The notes below the pieces were generated by a model, which was not told where the DNA came from, ran no database searches, and saw nothing but the letters and a program-made list of their open reading frames with translations. DNA of 64,000 nt from Candidatus Saccharimonadales bacterium. Its GTDB lineage: Bacteria; Patescibacteriota; Saccharimonadia; Saccharimonadales; JAXHNE01. The stretch is from positions 122,896 through 186,895 of the forward strand of contig JBFIJL010000001.1 in NCBI GenBank assembly GCA_041600755.1, read 5' to 3'. Shown here one piece after another: positions 61,460 through 64,000 of this stretch. Made by a program: the position numbers and the translations under genes. Each line of letters starts with the position of its first letter. Position 1 is the stretch's first letter.

Positions 61460-63781
61460 TTAGTAGTAGTACCAACGCTCGAGCCCAGCGGTGTCTTCTA
61501 CATTTGTAACCTTCTTTGGATCGCCGCCATTGGTGCTGATGACAAAATCGGCAGACTCGGTATCGGTTTTGATTCTGTACAAAATTGTTGAATCGTTAAG
61601 CCAAATTAATGGATTCTTTAAGCCACTCTGCTCAACAAGTGTCTGCTCACTTTGGTCGGAAATATTTTCGAGCAAAAGTACCCCTTTTCCGTCTCGACTA
61701 TCGACACGAAGCGCGGCTGAGTCTGTGCCATTTTCTACATAACGTCTTGAGGCGATGTTAGCTGGCTGCCCCTCAAGCTTAGCCACAAACTTCGAGCTAA
61801 TCTCGTATTCATGCCACTCAGGGCCAGTCGTAAACGATATGTGTCCATAATCAGTTCGGAACATACTCCACACTTCCTGTGGGAATACAATCTGCCTGTC
61901 GGAACCGTCTGCATTTATTCGATACAATGCCGGGGGTGTCTTTGCATATGCACTTGATGGGGCAAACAGAATCGTACCCTCTACTGCCATTACGTCATTA
62001 AAATAATTGGCGCTCGCAAGCTCAGCAGTCGTTCCTTGAGCAATATTATGCGTTTTAAGTTGGTGTCTTTCTGGATTTGCTGCACTGGTGCCAGATTTTA
62101 TCTGCACGAATACCATTCGTTCATTTTGCCAGCCAATTACTTGAATACGCTCGGAAACTGCAACCTCTTTTAGCTCGTCTGAATTATTCATGTTGAGTAC
62201 GGTCAATGTACTAAGCAGATATCCATCGCTATTTCGTTGTCCCGAACGAGTAGAGACCAAGGCAACAACATCCTGAGATGGGTGCGGAATTAGTGCAATG
62301 TCTTCACGCTCCGAGCCAGTTCCTTTGAGTAGTAGTTGCTCATCCTTGCCATCTGCATACACCGCATACACATCGTAGGTGCCATCGCGACGGCTGATAA
62401 AAGCATGCTTCTTTGCTGCGACCATCGAGGCGCTGACTGCGTCTTTACTATCAGCCTGTACTAGAATTTTTTCCTCTCGGTAGCCATTCAGCGCCAGTGT
62501 AACTTCGAATTCATCGCTTGGCTGATCGAGGGTGATTTTAATTTCACCCTTTTCATTTGCAATCGCACTGGCATCATCACTTATTGCCTCGACTCCCTTC
62601 AAGGGCTTATCTGATACGAAATCCGCTACCTGGAACGTGTACTGCGTTCCGACGGGCTGTAATGACTGATCACTAAGTGGATTGCTTCCAAAACCGATAG
62701 TGAGCGGCTTGTTGATTTCCGCAAATGCTCGTTTCCTGATCTGCAATTGCGTGCTGCCGAGCTTTATATTACTCAACGAAACCCTACCATCAATATCAGT
62801 CAGCCCCTTTGCGCCATTTATCTCAACTTCAACATTTTTGAGTGGCTGCAAGGTGCTAGTGTCGATAATTCGGATTGAGCTGCTGCTTCGAACGCCCGCT
62901 GTGTTAAGCAATGCGTATCGAGTTTGTGGATAGGCTCCGACTCCAATAAGTCCTAGAACAAATACCAGAACTGTTGCTTTGCGGGCTTTTTTATTGTGCC
63001 ACCAAGCTGAAAAAAAATGTTTAATGCGACCGCCGAGGGTAGGCTTTTTGTCATCAAACGCCTTAGCCAATTTCTCGTCATCTTCTTTGAGAATCGCGTC
63101 ACTGTCGGCTCTGGCGATATCATCAACCGCCTGATCAAGTGATTCATCCGACGGGGGTGGACTTTGCTTTGCTGGAGCAACTACGTCAGCTTCCTTTTTA
63201 GTTGGCTTAGATTCAGGCTCTAAATCTGGCTCAGGCTGACTTGATTCATCGGTTGAATCCTCGATATCATCTGATTCTTCAGCTTCATTTTCTAAATCAG
63301 GCTCGTCATTATCTTCCACTGAAGATTCTTGCTTCTCATCGTTGTCTGTCGGAACTGTTTCAGTCGTTGTTTCTTCTGGTTCTTCTAACTTTTCGGGGAC
63401 CGAGTCCGCATCTTCTTCGTCTTCTTCAGGCTTTACTCCCTCGAGTGGTGGAGCGGTTGTAGGTTCAGTAGCTTCTTCTTTTGCATCCTCTTGCGCGTTA
63501 GCTTTTTCATCTACTGCCTTGGGATCGACCTCATCGACGTCGATTTCTTCTGAGTGGTCGTCATCTTCATGTGACACAATCTCTATTTTAGTTGGCAAAG
63601 CCTCAGCTTCACTCTCTTTTTCATCTGGCTCGTCATCATGGCTTACTACCTTAATGCTCGTACTGGGCGTGGTTGCCTCAGAAGCATCTGGTTGTTTTGG
63701 ATCGAGCATTTTCTCAATCTTAGCCTCAAGGGCCTTTTCTTCAGCATCTTCGGGTGGTGGTGTTGGGTTTTTCTTTGACAT
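61460..63781 (-). CDS. Large membrane-anchored surface protein: acidic disordered N-terminus, one TM helix, Ig-like and beta-propeller-like ectodomain
   Basis: 773 aa. About 250 aa of D/E/K/P-rich sequence, then a TM helix (ATVLVFVLGLIGVGAY), then beta-rich repeats reminiscent of TolB/PD40-type propellers. Confidence 0.7.
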   Translation of the reverse strand: MSKKNPTPPPEDAEEKALEAKIEKMLDPKQPDASEATTPSTSIKVVSHDDEPDEKESEAEALPTKIEIVSHEDDDHSEEIDVDEVDPKAVDEKANAQEDAKEEATEPTTAPPLEGVKPEEDEEDADSVPEKLEEPEETTTETVPTDNDEKQESSVEDNDEPDLENEAEESDDIEDSTDESSQPEPDLEPESKPTKKEADVVAPAKQSPPPSDESLDQAVDDIARADSDAILKEDDEKLAKAFDDKKPTLGGRIKHFFSAWWHNKKARKATVLVFVLGLIGVGAYPQTRYALLNTAGVRSSSSIRIIDTSTLQPLKNVEVEINGAKGLTDIDGRVSLSNIKLGSTQLQIRKRAFAEINKPLTIGFGSNPLSDQSLQPVGTQYTFQVADFVSDKPLKGVEAISDDASAIANEKGEIKITLDQPSDEFEVTLALNGYREEKILVQADSKDAVSASMVAAKKHAFISRRDGTYDVYAVYADGKDEQLLLKGTGSEREDIALIPHPSQDVVALVSTRSGQRNSDGYLLSTLTVLNMNNSDELKEVAVSERIQVIGWQNERMVFVQIKSGTSAANPERHQLKTHNIAQGTTAELASANYFNDVMAVEGTILFAPSSAYAKTPPALYRINADGSDRQIVFPQEVWSMFRTDYGHISFTTGPEWHEYEISSKFVAKLEGQPANIASRRYVENGTDSAALRVDSRDGKGVLLLENISDQSEQTLVEQSGLKNPLIWLNDSTILYRIKTDTESADFVISTNGGDPKKVTNVEDTAGLERWYYY

Positions 63782-63842
63782 AAATTCTGTTTATACTTAC
63801 GCTTAAGTGTATCAAAACTAGAGTTATCCGCATACCGTTAAT

Positions 63843-64000
63843 ATGAAACAATTACCAAAACCGATTACTGTTCTGCTGCTCACACTAGGCTTCATGCTAC
63901 TTTCATACGTGATATTTGCAGTGGCCAACCGAGACAGCTCATCAACTGGGCAAGACTATCTCGACCAAATACAGATTCAAACCGGCAACCCCCAACCAGC
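63843..64000 (+). CDS. 5' fragment of a signal-anchored protein (continues beyond the window)
   Basis: MKQLPKPITVLLLTLGFMLLSYVIFAVA...; the frame stays open to the window edge. Confidence 0.45.
   Translation, partial: MKQLPKPITVLLLTLGFMLLSYVIFAVANRDSSSTGQDYLDQIQIQTGNPQP

Noticed and set aside
1-64000. Prophage, ICE, transposon, CRISPR-Cas or known defence systems.
   Set aside because: No integrase, transposase, recombinase, capsid or terminase, Cas protein or repeat-spacer array could be recognised in any frame of the ORF track.

Overview
Dense chromosomal window of about 85 supported genes, with no rRNA, CRISPR array, integrase or transposase. The content suggests a reduced-genome, Gram-positive-type bacterium, most consistent with Patescibacteria/CPR and Saccharibacteria-like; this taxonomic call is inference from gene content only. 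It includes a pilM-pilN-pilO type IV pilus cluster, ruvC-ruvA-ruvB with yebC, a short ComEC, a CIRCE/HrcA-controlled hrcA-grpE-dnaK...dnaJ heat-shock locus, lepA, murJ, ftsH-tilS, a Mur ligase, tsaC, dus, a two-component system and many small hypothetical membrane proteins. TGA is a normal stop codon (for example pilM and pilO). There are four tRNAs, all with encoded CCA: Lys(UUU) and three with anticodon CAU. The most unusual observations are: (1) both tRNA(CAU) genes at 28-29.7 kb, and more weakly tRNA-Lys, are followed by 170-190-nt modules that end in exact or degenerate copies of the tRNA's own T-arm/acceptor/CCA fused to a terminator. These look like nested or decayed att sites or a tRNA-trailer element family, and they lead into three single-gene accessory cassettes. 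(2) A UbiA prenyltransferase + CruF-like + CrtD/CrtI-like cluster resembles the tail end of C50 carotenoid (bacterioruberin-type) synthesis, with a type 1 IDI nearby but no phytoene synthase in the window. (3) A thiol-redox operon encodes a Cys-rich exported protein, CcdA/DsbD-like protein, stand-alone ATP-cone protein and flavoprotein disulfide reductase, flanked by a MauE-like protein. (4) Many genes have a leaderless TATAAT-N6-8-ATG architecture, including two divergent gene pairs separated by only 17 bp. (5) The heat-shock operon carries three to four CIRCE copies and is interleaved with small translationally coupled ORFs. (6) A MazG-like gene is frameshifted in a homopolymer run. All calls come from reading the sequence and ORF track by eye; no database search was run.
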